Below, one piece after another: positions 9,096 to 18,163 of a stretch of 64,000 nt of DNA (position 1 is its first letter; each line of letters opens with the position of its first letter). The position numbers and the translations under genes are program-made. A model generated the notes under the pieces. That model saw nothing but the letters and a program-made list of their open reading frames with translations, had not been told where the DNA came from and made no database searches. This DNA comes from Planctomycetota bacterium (GTDB taxonomy: Bacteria; Planctomycetota; B15-G4; SIAN01), in NCBI GenBank assembly GCA_031409275.1, contig JANNXA010000009.1, positions 96,001-160,000 on the forward strand, in the 5' to 3' direction.

Positions 9096-10682
9096 GTGGA
9101 TCGGATTCGGACTCGTGGTTGCATCGTCCCCTTGGCCGCCGCGTTGAGCTGCTTCGCCTCCGCGGGCGCCGCGGCTCAAGTCAGCGTCGATTGGGTCGAT
9201 CTGACGCGCGGCAACAGCATCGCCGTCGACGCCGCCAACAACGTCTACACCGTCGACTTCGAACAGGCGCTCGGCGATGAGATCACGCTGACCAAGCGCG
9301 ACGTGAACGGCTCGCTGCTGTGGAACGCGAGCTACGACCAGACGGACGGCACGAAGTGGGAGGCCGCGACGTGGGTGACGGTCGACCACGCGGGCGACGT
9401 GATCGTGACCGGATCGCTGATGTCGGGCTACTCCAACCCGGTCAACGCCGCGAGCATCGCGATGAAGTTCGACGCGAACGGGAACTTCATCTGGCGCCAG
9501 GTCTACGAAAGTCCGTTCGACGGCTCGTACACGCGCAAGTGCCTCGTCGACGCCAACGACAACATCTACGTGCTGGGCATGGGCAGCGGCCCGAACGGCT
9601 TCGTGCCGAAGATCAAGAAGTTCGACTCGAGCGGCAATACGGTCTGGGACTGGTACGACACCACCGGCGTCGGCTTGCCGCTGAACTTCAAGCTCTCGCC
9701 CGACGGCTACCTGCTCGTCACGGGGCGTGGGATCACCGGCAGCGTGAACGGCTACGCGAAGGTCGACCTCGCCGGCCAGACGGTCTGGGGGTTCAACCTC
9801 GCGAGCTACACCATCGGCGACCTCGCCGGCGACTCGCTCGGCAACACCTACGTGCTGCACAGCGAGTACTACCCGAGCCCACGCAACGTCCTGACGAAGC
9901 TCGATGCTGCCGGCGTGCAGCTCTGGGAGACGCGCCATGACCTGCTGGCGCAGCGCATCGAGATCGCGCCCGACGACCTGCCGATCGCCTGCGGCTACCC
10001 GGTGACCGGCTTCGGCGCGGCGTTCCTCAAAGTGGACGCCAACGGCAACGAGATCTGGAAGAACCTTGACGCCGACGGCTCGCTGAGCCTCCTGCTGCAC
10101 GCGCAGATGGTGGTCGACGAGCGCGGCGCGGTCTACCTCGCGGCGGGCACCCTCTTCGACATGGCGATCTGCAAGGTGAACCCCGATGGCAGCTCGTCGT
10201 GGACGGCGACCACCGCAGGCAGCTACGCCTACGGGATGGCGCTCGGCATGCATGACAGCGGCGTCTTCGTGGTCGGCGGCCGGACCGCGCGCCTGATCGA
10301 TGGGACGGGCTCGCCGTGGACCGATCTCGGTCGCGGCTTGGCCGGTGCCGGCGGCATTCCGCGGTTGTGGGGCGCCGGCGATCTCACGCCGAGCAGCAAC
10401 GTCGAGCTCGACCTCGTCGACGCCGCGCCGAATGCGCCGACGCTGCTGGTGGTCGGCGCGAGCCGCATCGACCTGCCGCTCTTTGGCGGCACGCTGGTGC
10501 CGAATCTCGACGCGGTGATCAGCGGTCTCGTCACCGACGGCAGCGGCGCGTGGCAGATCGTCGACACCTGGCCGGACGACGTCGCAGTCGACAGCGAGTT
10601 CTTCGTGCAGACCTGGGTGGTCGACGCTGGCGCACCGCGCAAGCTGGCCGGCAGCAATGCGCTGCGGCTGGTCGCTCGCTGA
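9096..10682 (+). CDS. Secreted SBBP-like beta-propeller protein with shared 121-aa C-terminal domain
   Basis: AAGGAG RBS, GTG start and signal peptide (AAAQ); repeats IAVDAANNVY / VDHAGDVIVTG / K(F/L)DxxGxxxW; C-terminus WTDLG...SNALRL. Confidence 0.85.
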   Translation: MDRIRTRGCIVPLAAALSCFASAGAAAQVSVDWVDLTRGNSIAVDAANNVYTVDFEQALGDEITLTKRDVNGSLLWNASYDQTDGTKWEAATWVTVDHAGDVIVTGSLMSGYSNPVNAASIAMKFDANGNFIWRQVYESPFDGSYTRKCLVDANDNIYVLGMGSGPNGFVPKIKKFDSSGNTVWDWYDTTGVGLPLNFKLSPDGYLLVTGRGITGSVNGYAKVDLAGQTVWGFNLASYTIGDLAGDSLGNTYVLHSEYYPSPRNVLTKLDAAGVQLWETRHDLLAQRIEIAPDDLPIACGYPVTGFGAAFLKVDANGNEIWKNLDADGSLSLLLHAQMVVDERGAVYLAAGTLFDMAICKVNPDGSSSWTATTAGSYAYGMALGMHDSGVFVVGGRTARLIDGTGSPWTDLGRGLAGAGGIPRLWGAGDLTPSSNVELDLVDAAPNAPTLLVVGASRIDLPLFGGTLVPNLDAVISGLVTDGSGAWQIVDTWPDDVAVDSEFFVQTWVVDAGAPRKLAGSNALRLVAR

Positions 10683-10760
10683 GCCGATTCAAGCGCTCTC
10701 TCGGGCGCGCGTCGCAGGCCGATCCCTGCGGCGCGCGCCGCTCACGTCAGCGCGCACTGC

Positions 10761-11483
10761 TCAGCTCCGCTCGCCGGCACGCGCCAGCACCTCGCGCGCG
10801 GGGCCATCGTCGACGACGTTGCCATCCTGCAGGCGCACGACGCGGTCGGTGCGCGCGGCCAGTCGCGGGTCATGGGTGACCACGACGATCGTCTGTCCCT
10901 GCTGGCGCACCAACCGCTCGAAGAGCGCGAAGACGAGTTCGCCGTTCTTCGTGTCGAGGTTGCCGGTCGGCTCGTCGCCAAGCACGACGAGCGGGCGATT
11001 GGCGAGGCTGCGCGCGATGGCGACCCGCTGCTGTTCGCCGCCCGAGAGGCGACCGGGCAGGCGCCCTTCCTTGCCGGCGAGTCCGAGCAGGCCAAGCAGT
11101 TCGTAGGCGCGCTCGCGCGCTTCCTTTGCCGGAACGCCGAGCTTGCGCATCGGCAACCCGACATTCTCCGCCGCGCTGAACTCCGGCATCAGGTAGTGGA
11201 ACTGGAAGACGAAACCGATCTTCCGACCGCGCACGTCGGCGAGCGCCGCCTCCGACAGCGACCTGGTGTCGATGCCGTCGATCAGCACCTGCCCGCTGCT
11301 CGGCCGATCGAGCGCGCCGAGCAGGTACATCAGCGTCGACTTGCCGCTGCCCGACGGCCCCATGATCGAGCAGAACTCGCCGGGCCGGATCACCACGTCG
11401 AGCCCGTGCAGGATCTCGAGCTCGTTCTCGCCGCTGCCGAGCGTCCGGCGCAGCGCGCGCGTCTCCATCGCCGGCGCGATCAC
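10761..11483 (-). CDS. ABC transporter ATP-binding protein (LolD/MacB-type)
   Basis: GPSGSGKST, IGFVFQ, LSGGEQQRVAIAR, DEPTGNLD and VVTHD; GTGA overlap with the permease gene. Confidence 0.95.
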   Translation of the reverse strand: MIAPAMETRALRRTLGSGENELEILHGLDVVIRPGEFCSIMGPSGSGKSTLMYLLGALDRPSSGQVLIDGIDTRSLSEAALADVRGRKIGFVFQFHYLMPEFSAAENVGLPMRKLGVPAKEARERAYELLGLLGLAGKEGRLPGRLSGGEQQRVAIARSLANRPLVVLGDEPTGNLDTKNGELVFALFERLVRQQGQTIVVVTHDPRLAARTDRVVRLQDGNVVDDGPAREVLARAGERS

Positions 11484-12763
11484 GCGCGGCCTCGCAATGT
11501 CACCACCGGATCGAGCCGCCCTGCGCGCAACGCCGGCAGGCACGCCGCGATCACCGTCGAAGCGAACGAGACCGTCGCCGCCACCGCATAGATGCGCAGC
11601 GGATCGACGAAGATCAGGTGCTCGATCTCGATCAGCCCTTTCATCGGGATCGGGAAGGTGGCCAGCGCCTGCTGCAGCCAGTAGCCGCCGATCGACCCGA
11701 AGACGACGCCGAGCGCGCCGATGGCCAGCCCCTCGAGCAGGAAGACCACGGTCACGTCGGCCGCGGTGTAGCCCATGCTCTTCAACATCGCGATCTCGGG
11801 CAGCTTCTCCAGCACCAGCATGATCAGCACGTTCAGGATGCCGAACGCCGCGACGATGGTGATGCCGCTGGTCACGACGTAGGTGATGACCGTCTGGATG
11901 TTGAACAGCGAGAGGAAGTTCTTGTTCTGCTCCTGCCAGCTTTCGCTGCGGTAGCCCACCATCGCCTCGAGGTCGGCGGCGACGTCCTGCGCTTGCGTGT
12001 GGTCGTCGAGCCGTACGACGATGCGGTTGACATCGCGGCCCAGCCCGAGCAGCTGCTGCGCGAGGCTGACCAGCGTGTAGGCGCGCACTGCGTCCACCGG
12101 CACGAGCCCGGTCTTGAAGACACCGACCACGCGCAGCGCGCGTGTCGTCCCCTCGCGCCCCCCCACCTCGCCGCTGCCGCGCAGCGACGCACCGATGGTG
12201 TCGCCGCGCCGCACGCCGAGCCGCTCGGCGAGCCCGCTGCCGAGCACGATCGCGCCGCTGGCCGAATGCAGGTCCGCGAGGCGCCCCTCGATCATGTAGG
12301 TATCGGTCGACACCACTCGGTCCTGGCGATCGGGATCGATGCCGACTAGCGCGGCGCCGACCTCGCGGTTGCCGAAGTTGAGGATCGACGTGCCCACGAC
12401 GTTGAGCGCCGCGGCGGCGACGCCGGGCCGCGACTCGATGGCCGCCAGCGTCTCGTAGGGTTTCTTGATGCGGTAGACGCGTTCGCGCGGGTGCGCCGAT
12501 TCGACCGTGACGACGCCCTGCTCCTTCTCCGAAAGCCAGTCGGCGAACTCGTCGGGCGGATCGCGGAACTCGTCCAGCACGGTGACGTGCGGGCTCGACT
12601 CGACCGTCTCGTCGACGAACTTCGCCTCGAAGCCCGCCATCAGCGCCGACATCAGCACCATGAAACAGTCGCCGATGGCGACGCCGGTGATCGACAGCGC
12701 GGTGCGAAACGGGCTGTGCAGCAGATGACGGCGCGCGATCTGGAAGAGCGGCAGGAATCGCAT
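11480..12763 (-). CDS. ABC transporter permease (LolC/E, FtsX-like)
   Basis: RTALSITGVAIG, large periplasmic domain, EIAMLKSMG, FLLEG and PALRAGRLDPV. Confidence 0.93.
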   Translation of the reverse strand: MRFLPLFQIARRHLLHSPFRTALSITGVAIGDCFMVLMSALMAGFEAKFVDETVESSPHVTVLDEFRDPPDEFADWLSEKEQGVVTVESAHPRERVYRIKKPYETLAAIESRPGVAAAALNVVGTSILNFGNREVGAALVGIDPDRQDRVVSTDTYMIEGRLADLHSASGAIVLGSGLAERLGVRRGDTIGASLRGSGEVGGREGTTRALRVVGVFKTGLVPVDAVRAYTLVSLAQQLLGLGRDVNRIVVRLDDHTQAQDVAADLEAMVGYRSESWQEQNKNFLSLFNIQTVITYVVTSGITIVAAFGILNVLIMLVLEKLPEIAMLKSMGYTAADVTVVFLLEGLAIGALGVVFGSIGGYWLQQALATFPIPMKGLIEIEHLIFVDPLRIYAVAATVSFASTVIAACLPALRAGRLDPVVTLRGRA

Positions 12764-12766
12764 GAG

Positions 12767-14011
12767 CTACTTCGCCGCGGCGGGCGCCGCGACCTTGCGG
12801 ACCTGCACGCGCGCCTCATCCTTCAACGCGCCGAGGTGGTCGAGCGCGACGGCGTCACCAGCGGCGAGCCCTGCGCGCGCCTCGCAACGGTCGTAGTTCA
12901 TCAGGCCGACGTCGACCTGCACTTCGTGAGCGACGCCATCGCGGACGACGAAGACCGAGCTGCGCAGCGTCAGCGCCGAGCGCGGGAACGACAGCGCATC
13001 GTCCTTCTCGCCCACCACGATGCCGAGCTCGCACGACGAGCCGATCAGCAGCGCGCGTCCGCCGTCGGCGCGCGTGACGCCCGCGAGCCCCTTCGCACCG
13101 CTCGCCGTGAAGCGTGCGCCAGGGAACTCGACGCGCACGCGGTAGCTGCGAGTCACCTTGTTCGAGTCGGGGAAGAGCTCGACGACACGCCCTTCGACCA
13201 GCGCCGACTCGTCGCCCGCGACGCGCACCAGCACGCGCTGGCCCGCCACGACGCTGGCCGCATCCTCTTCGTCGACTTCCCCTTCGACCCAGAGCGAACG
13301 CGCATCGCCGAACTTCAGCAGATCGCGCTCGGGGTTCACCGACTCGCCCTCTTCCGCGAAGCGCGCCAGCACGACGCCATCGAAGGGCGCGCGCAGCGTG
13401 TCGTCCTGCTCGGCGGCGCGCAGCACCTCGAGCTCGGCGGCTGCCTGCTCGCGGCGCGTCGTGCGCTCGGCCAGCGTCTGCGCGAGCTCCTGCTCCGCGA
13501 GCGCGAGGCGTTGCGCCGCTCCATCGTGCGCCGCTTGCAGCTCCTGCCAGGCGCGCACTTCGATCAGCCCCTGCTCGCGCAACGGCTGCGCGCGCGCCAC
13601 TTCGCTGACGGCCCAATCGACCTGGACGCGTGCGTCGGCGATGCGCGCCTGCGCGGCTCGGCGTAGCGCGCTGCCCTCGGAAAGGTCGGCGTCGAGTCGA
13701 TCGAGCTGCGCCAGGACGCTCGCCTGCCGCTGAGCGCGGGCACTGTCCCGCAAGGCGACCAGCGGCTCGCCGGCGCGGACTTCCGCGCCCTCCCTCGCGA
13801 AGATTCGCTCGACGATGGCGGGGCGTGCGGGGCGCAGCAGCCGGCGCTCGCGCGGCTCGATCCAGCCGGTGGCGAAGACGGTGGCGACGACTGGCCCGCG
13901 CTCGACCGAACCGGTGCGCGCCTCGATGGGCTGGCCGAAACGGCGCCAAAGAGCGAGGCCGCCGGCCCCGAGCAACGCCACGACCAGCAACCAGCCAAGC
14001 AGACGTCCCAC
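12767..14011 (-). CDS. Efflux RND/MacA-type periplasmic adaptor (membrane fusion protein)
   Basis: N-terminal TM segment, lipoyl halves (VERIFAREGAEVRAGEPL; LRAPFDGVV), coiled coil and VEGEVDEED; GTG start inferred. Confidence 0.9.
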   Translation of the reverse strand: MGRLLGWLLVVALLGAGGLALWRRFGQPIEARTGSVERGPVVATVFATGWIEPRERRLLRPARPAIVERIFAREGAEVRAGEPLVALRDSARAQRQASVLAQLDRLDADLSEGSALRRAAQARIADARVQVDWAVSEVARAQPLREQGLIEVRAWQELQAAHDGAAQRLALAEQELAQTLAERTTRREQAAAELEVLRAAEQDDTLRAPFDGVVLARFAEEGESVNPERDLLKFGDARSLWVEGEVDEEDAASVVAGQRVLVRVAGDESALVEGRVVELFPDSNKVTRSYRVRVEFPGARFTASGAKGLAGVTRADGGRALLIGSSCELGIVVGEKDDALSFPRSALTLRSSVFVVRDGVAHEVQVDVGLMNYDRCEARAGLAAGDAVALDHLGALKDEARVQVRKVAAPAAAK

Positions 14012-14107
14012 CTGCGCGCTCCTGCCCTCTTCGCCCCATCCGATTGCGAGCGGCGTGCCGAACCTCGCGCCCCTTCCTACCATGCGCCGCCCCGAAGCCT
14101 CAGGAGC

Positions 14108-14563
14108 ATGCCGATGGTCGCGCCGCCTCGTCTCGCCGCCGCCCCGCTCCTCGCGACTGCGCTCGCCGTGCTGCTTTGCCAGGGTTGCAGCAACGTGCCG
14201 CCGGAGGGGCGCGCGCGCCTCGAGCGGCAGTTGCCCGAACAGTCGCTCTCGCTGCCACCCGCCGACGTCGCGCGCGCCGCCGTGCACGCCGATGACCGTG
14301 TGACTTGCCTGCTGGTGCGCGCCACCGGCCCGATCGTTCCCCATCGCCACTTCCACAGCGAGGAGATCGTCTACGTGATCTCCGGACGCGGCGTCCTCCA
14401 CCTCGCCGATGGCGATCGCGACGTGGCGCCAGGCGACCTGATCGTGGTGCCACCCAACACGCCGCACGGCTTCACGCCGAGCAGCGAAGAGCCGGTGGTG
14501 CTGCTCGCGACGTTCGTGCCGCCGCTGCGCGAAGGGGATCGGGTGCCGGAAGTGGAGCGCTGA
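14108..14563 (+). CDS. Cupin-domain lipoprotein
   Basis: Lipobox CQGC; cupin motifs HRHFHSEE-x-VYVISGRG and PGDLIVVPPNTPHGF. Confidence 0.85.
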   Translation: MPMVAPPRLAAAPLLATALAVLLCQGCSNVPPEGRARLERQLPEQSLSLPPADVARAAVHADDRVTCLLVRATGPIVPHRHFHSEEIVYVISGRGVLHLADGDRDVAPGDLIVVPPNTPHGFTPSSEEPVVLLATFVPPLREGDRVPEVER

Positions 14564-14883
14564 GAGACGCGACGTCGGTTCCCGAAGTTGGACGGCAGCT
14601 CCAATCGATGGAGTGACGCAGCGGCGCGTTGTTCGCGCTGATCGGCGATGAGCGCCGTGACGCCGCTCAACATCGTCGCCCGCTTCACCCGCGCGATCGA
14701 CGCCAGCCGCGAGAACGTCACCACCTTCGCCAGCGACGCGCTCGACCTCGCCGTCGCGACGGAACGCGGTTCGCTTACTGCTTCGAAGCGATCGGCGATC
14801 TTGAAGAAGTTTCACGAACGTTCTGCGTTCGACTCGCAGGCGCGACGACGCTGCGCAGAGCCTCGGCGGAGCGGAGCAGGGAG

Positions 14884-16272
14884 ATGAAGATGAAGACGAG
14901 CCTCGGAGCGCTTCTCGTGGCGGTGCCGCTGTTCATGGGGACGGGCGCGCATGCGCAGACCGTCACCATCACGGACCTGCCTCTCCTCCCCGGTGGCACC
15001 TACGCCTCCGCGTATGGCATCGACGACACCGGCAAGATCGTGGGCGTGGCCAACGATTCGAGCTTCGCGTTGCGAACGGTGCAGTGGGTCAACGGCCAGA
15101 TCTCCGTCATTCCGGATCTCGGCGGTGGCTTGGCCGTACCCGAAGACCTCAATGACGCGGGCGAGATTGCAGGGGGACAGGACCTCGGCAAGGGCGGTCA
15201 CTTGGGCATCTATTGGGATTCCCAGAACAACCCGTTCCAGCTTCCAGGCCTCCCGAGCGGCACGTCGAACAGCCAGTGGGCGCACGGAATCAACTCGATC
15301 GGACAAGTCGTTGGAATGGCCCAGGAGGGGGCGCCGAACTTCTGGGGCCACGCGGTCATCTGGCTCGGAAGCTCATTTCAGACGGACCTCGGGTTCATGG
15401 GCGGAGGCACCTATTCGGAAGCGTACGGCATCAACGACTTGGGCGAAGTCGTGGGGGTTGCATCCGTCGCGAACACGAATCAACACGCCTTCCTCTGGAA
15501 GGGCGGACAGTACACGGATCTCAGCACGTGGAGCGGCGGCGGCGCCAGCTCAAAGGCCTACTCGATCAACCGTCACGGCGTGATCGTCGGCTTGAACGCC
15601 AACGTCGCGTCGGTCTTCGAGGACGGCGTCGTGACCGCGCTGAAGATGCCGCGCGGCGTGTCGGCCTACACGCCAGCCATCGACATCAACGACAACGGCG
15701 ACATCATCGCGACCGGCTCCAAGGGCTATCCGATCGACGTCGGCGTCCTCTGGCGCAACCGGACGGCGATCGACCTCGGAACGCTCCCCGGTGGCACGAT
15801 CAGCCGTGCGTATCACCTCAATGCGTCCGGCGAGATCGTCGGCGCGGCGAACACGACGAGCGGCTACTTCCACGCCGTGAAATGGACCGTCACTCCCACG
15901 CCGACCTGGACGGACCTCGGTCATGTGTTGCCGGGAAGCACCGGCGCACCGCTCCTCGTCGGCAGCGGTGACCTCAGCGCCAACTCCACCATCACGGTCA
16001 CCATGAGCAACGGACTGCCCAACGCCCTGATGTTCACGGTGCTCGGGATCAACTCGCTGTATGCGCCGCTGTTCGGTGGCGTGCTCGTCCCTGCGCCCAC
16101 CGTGGTCTTTCCGGCGGTTCAGCTTGATGGCTCCGGCAGCGTGACGATCACGGACACCATGCCGCCCGGCATTCCCTCGGGCAGCGTCTACTTCATCCAG
16201 AACTGGATCCTCGATCCGGTGGGGCCGCGCGGCTTGGCCGCGTCGAACGCGCTCAAGGCAACGACCCCCTGA
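14884..16272 (+). CDS. Secreted HAF-repeat beta-propeller protein with shared 121-aa C-terminal domain
   Basis: Signal peptide (AHAQ); repeats AYGINDLGEVVG...HAFLW and DLGTLPGG; C-terminus WTDLG...SNALKA. Confidence 0.9.
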   Translation: MKMKTSLGALLVAVPLFMGTGAHAQTVTITDLPLLPGGTYASAYGIDDTGKIVGVANDSSFALRTVQWVNGQISVIPDLGGGLAVPEDLNDAGEIAGGQDLGKGGHLGIYWDSQNNPFQLPGLPSGTSNSQWAHGINSIGQVVGMAQEGAPNFWGHAVIWLGSSFQTDLGFMGGGTYSEAYGINDLGEVVGVASVANTNQHAFLWKGGQYTDLSTWSGGGASSKAYSINRHGVIVGLNANVASVFEDGVVTALKMPRGVSAYTPAIDINDNGDIIATGSKGYPIDVGVLWRNRTAIDLGTLPGGTISRAYHLNASGEIVGAANTTSGYFHAVKWTVTPTPTWTDLGHVLPGSTGAPLLVGSGDLSANSTITVTMSNGLPNALMFTVLGINSLYAPLFGGVLVPAPTVVFPAVQLDGSGSVTITDTMPPGIPSGSVYFIQNWILDPVGPRGLAASNALKATTP

Positions 16273-16304
16273 CCCGATCGGCAGGTTCAGCGTCGCCCCG
16301 CCCC

Positions 16305-17408
16305 CTACCGCTTCACGCCGCAGACGACGTCGTAGGTCCGCAACATGCGGGTCGACACCTTGTCGAAGTCGCGCGGGAGGCGTTCGAGGAACCACTCGGG
16401 CTGCTTGGTGACGATGTGGACGCGGCCACCGCGGCGCAGGCCACCGCGCGCGGCGAGCACGAAGACCTCGGCAATGCGGAAGTGCGAGTAGTAGGGCGGA
16501 TTGAGCAGGGCGAGGTCGAAGTTGCCGACGTCGAGCTGCCCGTCGAAGCAGACGGCGCCCGTGCAACCGGTGATGCCGTTCATCTCGGCGCCGCGCAGCG
16601 CGCACGCGACGGCGCGCGGCATCGAGTCGACGAAGTGGACCTTCACGTCCTTCGAGCGCAGCGCGCACGCGATGCCGACCGTTCCCGAGCCGCAACCGTA
16701 GTCGAGCACGCGCATGCCGTTCTCGAGGTAGTCGCGCTCGAGCCCGTTCTCCTCGGTCCAGCTCAGCGATTCCAGGACCGCGCGCGCGCCGAGGTCGAGC
16801 CGCCGATGGCTGAAGACGGCGGGTCGGCTCACGGCACGCACGAGTCGTTCGCGATCCCGGAAGGCGAACTCGCAGTCGAACGTCTTCACCTTCTTCAACG
16901 GATCGCGCTTGATGCCGATGTAGGCGATCGCGTCGTCGGCCTTGTGGCGCGTGAAGCGGGTGCCAAAGAGCGCTTCCATGCGGCCCGCGACCCAATGGTC
17001 GCGCCGCTCATCCACGCTGGCGATCAGCGTGCCGCCCACGTTCAGCTCGACGTAGGCGTGCTGCAGCATCTCCCATGCGAGCTCCGAGTCGGCGCCGGCG
17101 CGCAACGGCATCAGCGCGGCATCGAAGGGGCCTTTCGGAAAGTCCGCTGCGCAATCGACGGTGAGGTTCGGCGGCGCGGTGCCTTCCCGTCCACCGGCCG
17201 CTTCGCGCGCGGCGTCGGCGAGGAACGCGTCCACGAAGCTGACCACGACCTGCCGCTCGGGCGACGCGCGCGCCGCCTCGACGGCGAGCTGACCGCGCCC
17301 CGGCGACACGCACCAGACGCGCGCTTGCGGGCCGATCTTGGCTTCGGGCAGGAGGGCGAAGAGCAGGGCTTCGGACGCGCGCGATCGCTCCGGTCCGTCG
17401 CCGCTCAC
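16305..17408 (-). CDS. Class I SAM methyltransferase, RsmC/RlmG (methyltransferase small) family
   Basis: PAVFSHRRLDLGAR, VLDYGCGSG and NPPY; GTGA coupling to the upstream kinase gene. Confidence 0.85.
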   Translation of the reverse strand: MSGDGPERSRASEALLFALLPEAKIGPQARVWCVSPGRGQLAVEAARASPERQVVVSFVDAFLADAAREAAGGREGTAPPNLTVDCAADFPKGPFDAALMPLRAGADSELAWEMLQHAYVELNVGGTLIASVDERRDHWVAGRMEALFGTRFTRHKADDAIAYIGIKRDPLKKVKTFDCEFAFRDRERLVRAVSRPAVFSHRRLDLGARAVLESLSWTEENGLERDYLENGMRVLDYGCGSGTVGIACALRSKDVKVHFVDSMPRAVACALRGAEMNGITGCTGAVCFDGQLDVGNFDLALLNPPYYSHFRIAEVFVLAARGGLRRGGRVHIVTKQPEWFLERLPRDFDKVSTRMLRTYDVVCGVKR

Positions 17409-18112
17409 TTCGCCCCTTCTTTCCACAGCGCGATGCCGCCGAGGATCCCGTACTCGTTCGGCACGATCTCGACGCCCGCCGGCAGCTGCCAATCGATCAA
17501 GCGCGCGTTGCCGCCGCCGAGGCACAGCCGCGTCGGCCAGAAGACGCGCAGCATCTGCGCGATGGCGAGCTTCATGCGCTTCTTCCAGCGCCGCTTGCCG
17601 ACGACGTCGAGCGCGTGCTGGCCAAGCTGCTGCTCGTAGGTCTCGCCCTTGCGAAACGCATGGTGGCCGAGTTCGAGGTTCTCGACGAGCTTGCCGTCGA
17701 CGAAGAGGCCCGAGCCGACTCCGGTGCCGAATGTCACGGTCAGCTCGACGCCGATCCCCTTGATCGCGCCGTAGCCCTGCATGTCGGCGTCGTTCAGCAC
17801 CCGCGTCGGTTTCTTCAGCTTCTTCTGCACGGCAGCCTGCAGGTCGAACCCGGCCCACTTGCCGTCGAAGTTGACGGCCGTCAGCACGCGGCCCGCGCGG
17901 ATCACGCCAGGAAAACCGACCGAGACGCGGTCGAAGGCGCCGGCCTGCGCGGCGACCTGACCGATGGTGGTGACCACCGCCGTCGGGCTCGCGGGTCGCG
18001 GCGTGGGGAGCTTGACGCGCTCGGTGAGCGGCTTGCCGCGCGCATCGAGCAGCATCGCCTTGATGTTGCTGCCACCCACATCGATCGACAGCGTGATCGG
18101 CCCCTTGGCCAT
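17405..18112 (-). CDS. ppgK: Polyphosphate glucokinase / ROK family kinase
   Basis: IDVGGSNIK, PTPRPASP, VGFPG, LNDADMQG, TFGTGVGS, NLELGH and GGGN. Confidence 0.8.
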   Translation of the reverse strand: MAKGPITLSIDVGGSNIKAMLLDARGKPLTERVKLPTPRPASPTAVVTTIGQVAAQAGAFDRVSVGFPGVIRAGRVLTAVNFDGKWAGFDLQAAVQKKLKKPTRVLNDADMQGYGAIKGIGVELTVTFGTGVGSGLFVDGKLVENLELGHHAFRKGETYEQQLGQHALDVVGKRRWKKRMKLAIAQMLRVFWPTRLCLGGGNARLIDWQLPAGVEIVPNEYGILGGIALWKEGAK

Positions 18113-18163
18113 GTTCCTATCCCTCCTCGGCATCTGGACGCAGCGCGGCGCGATGGTAGCGCG

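Noticed and set aside
14570..14880. Possible small gene or remnant (MSAVTPLNIVARF...)
   Set aside because: No recognisable motif or clear RBS; cannot be supported without a homology search.
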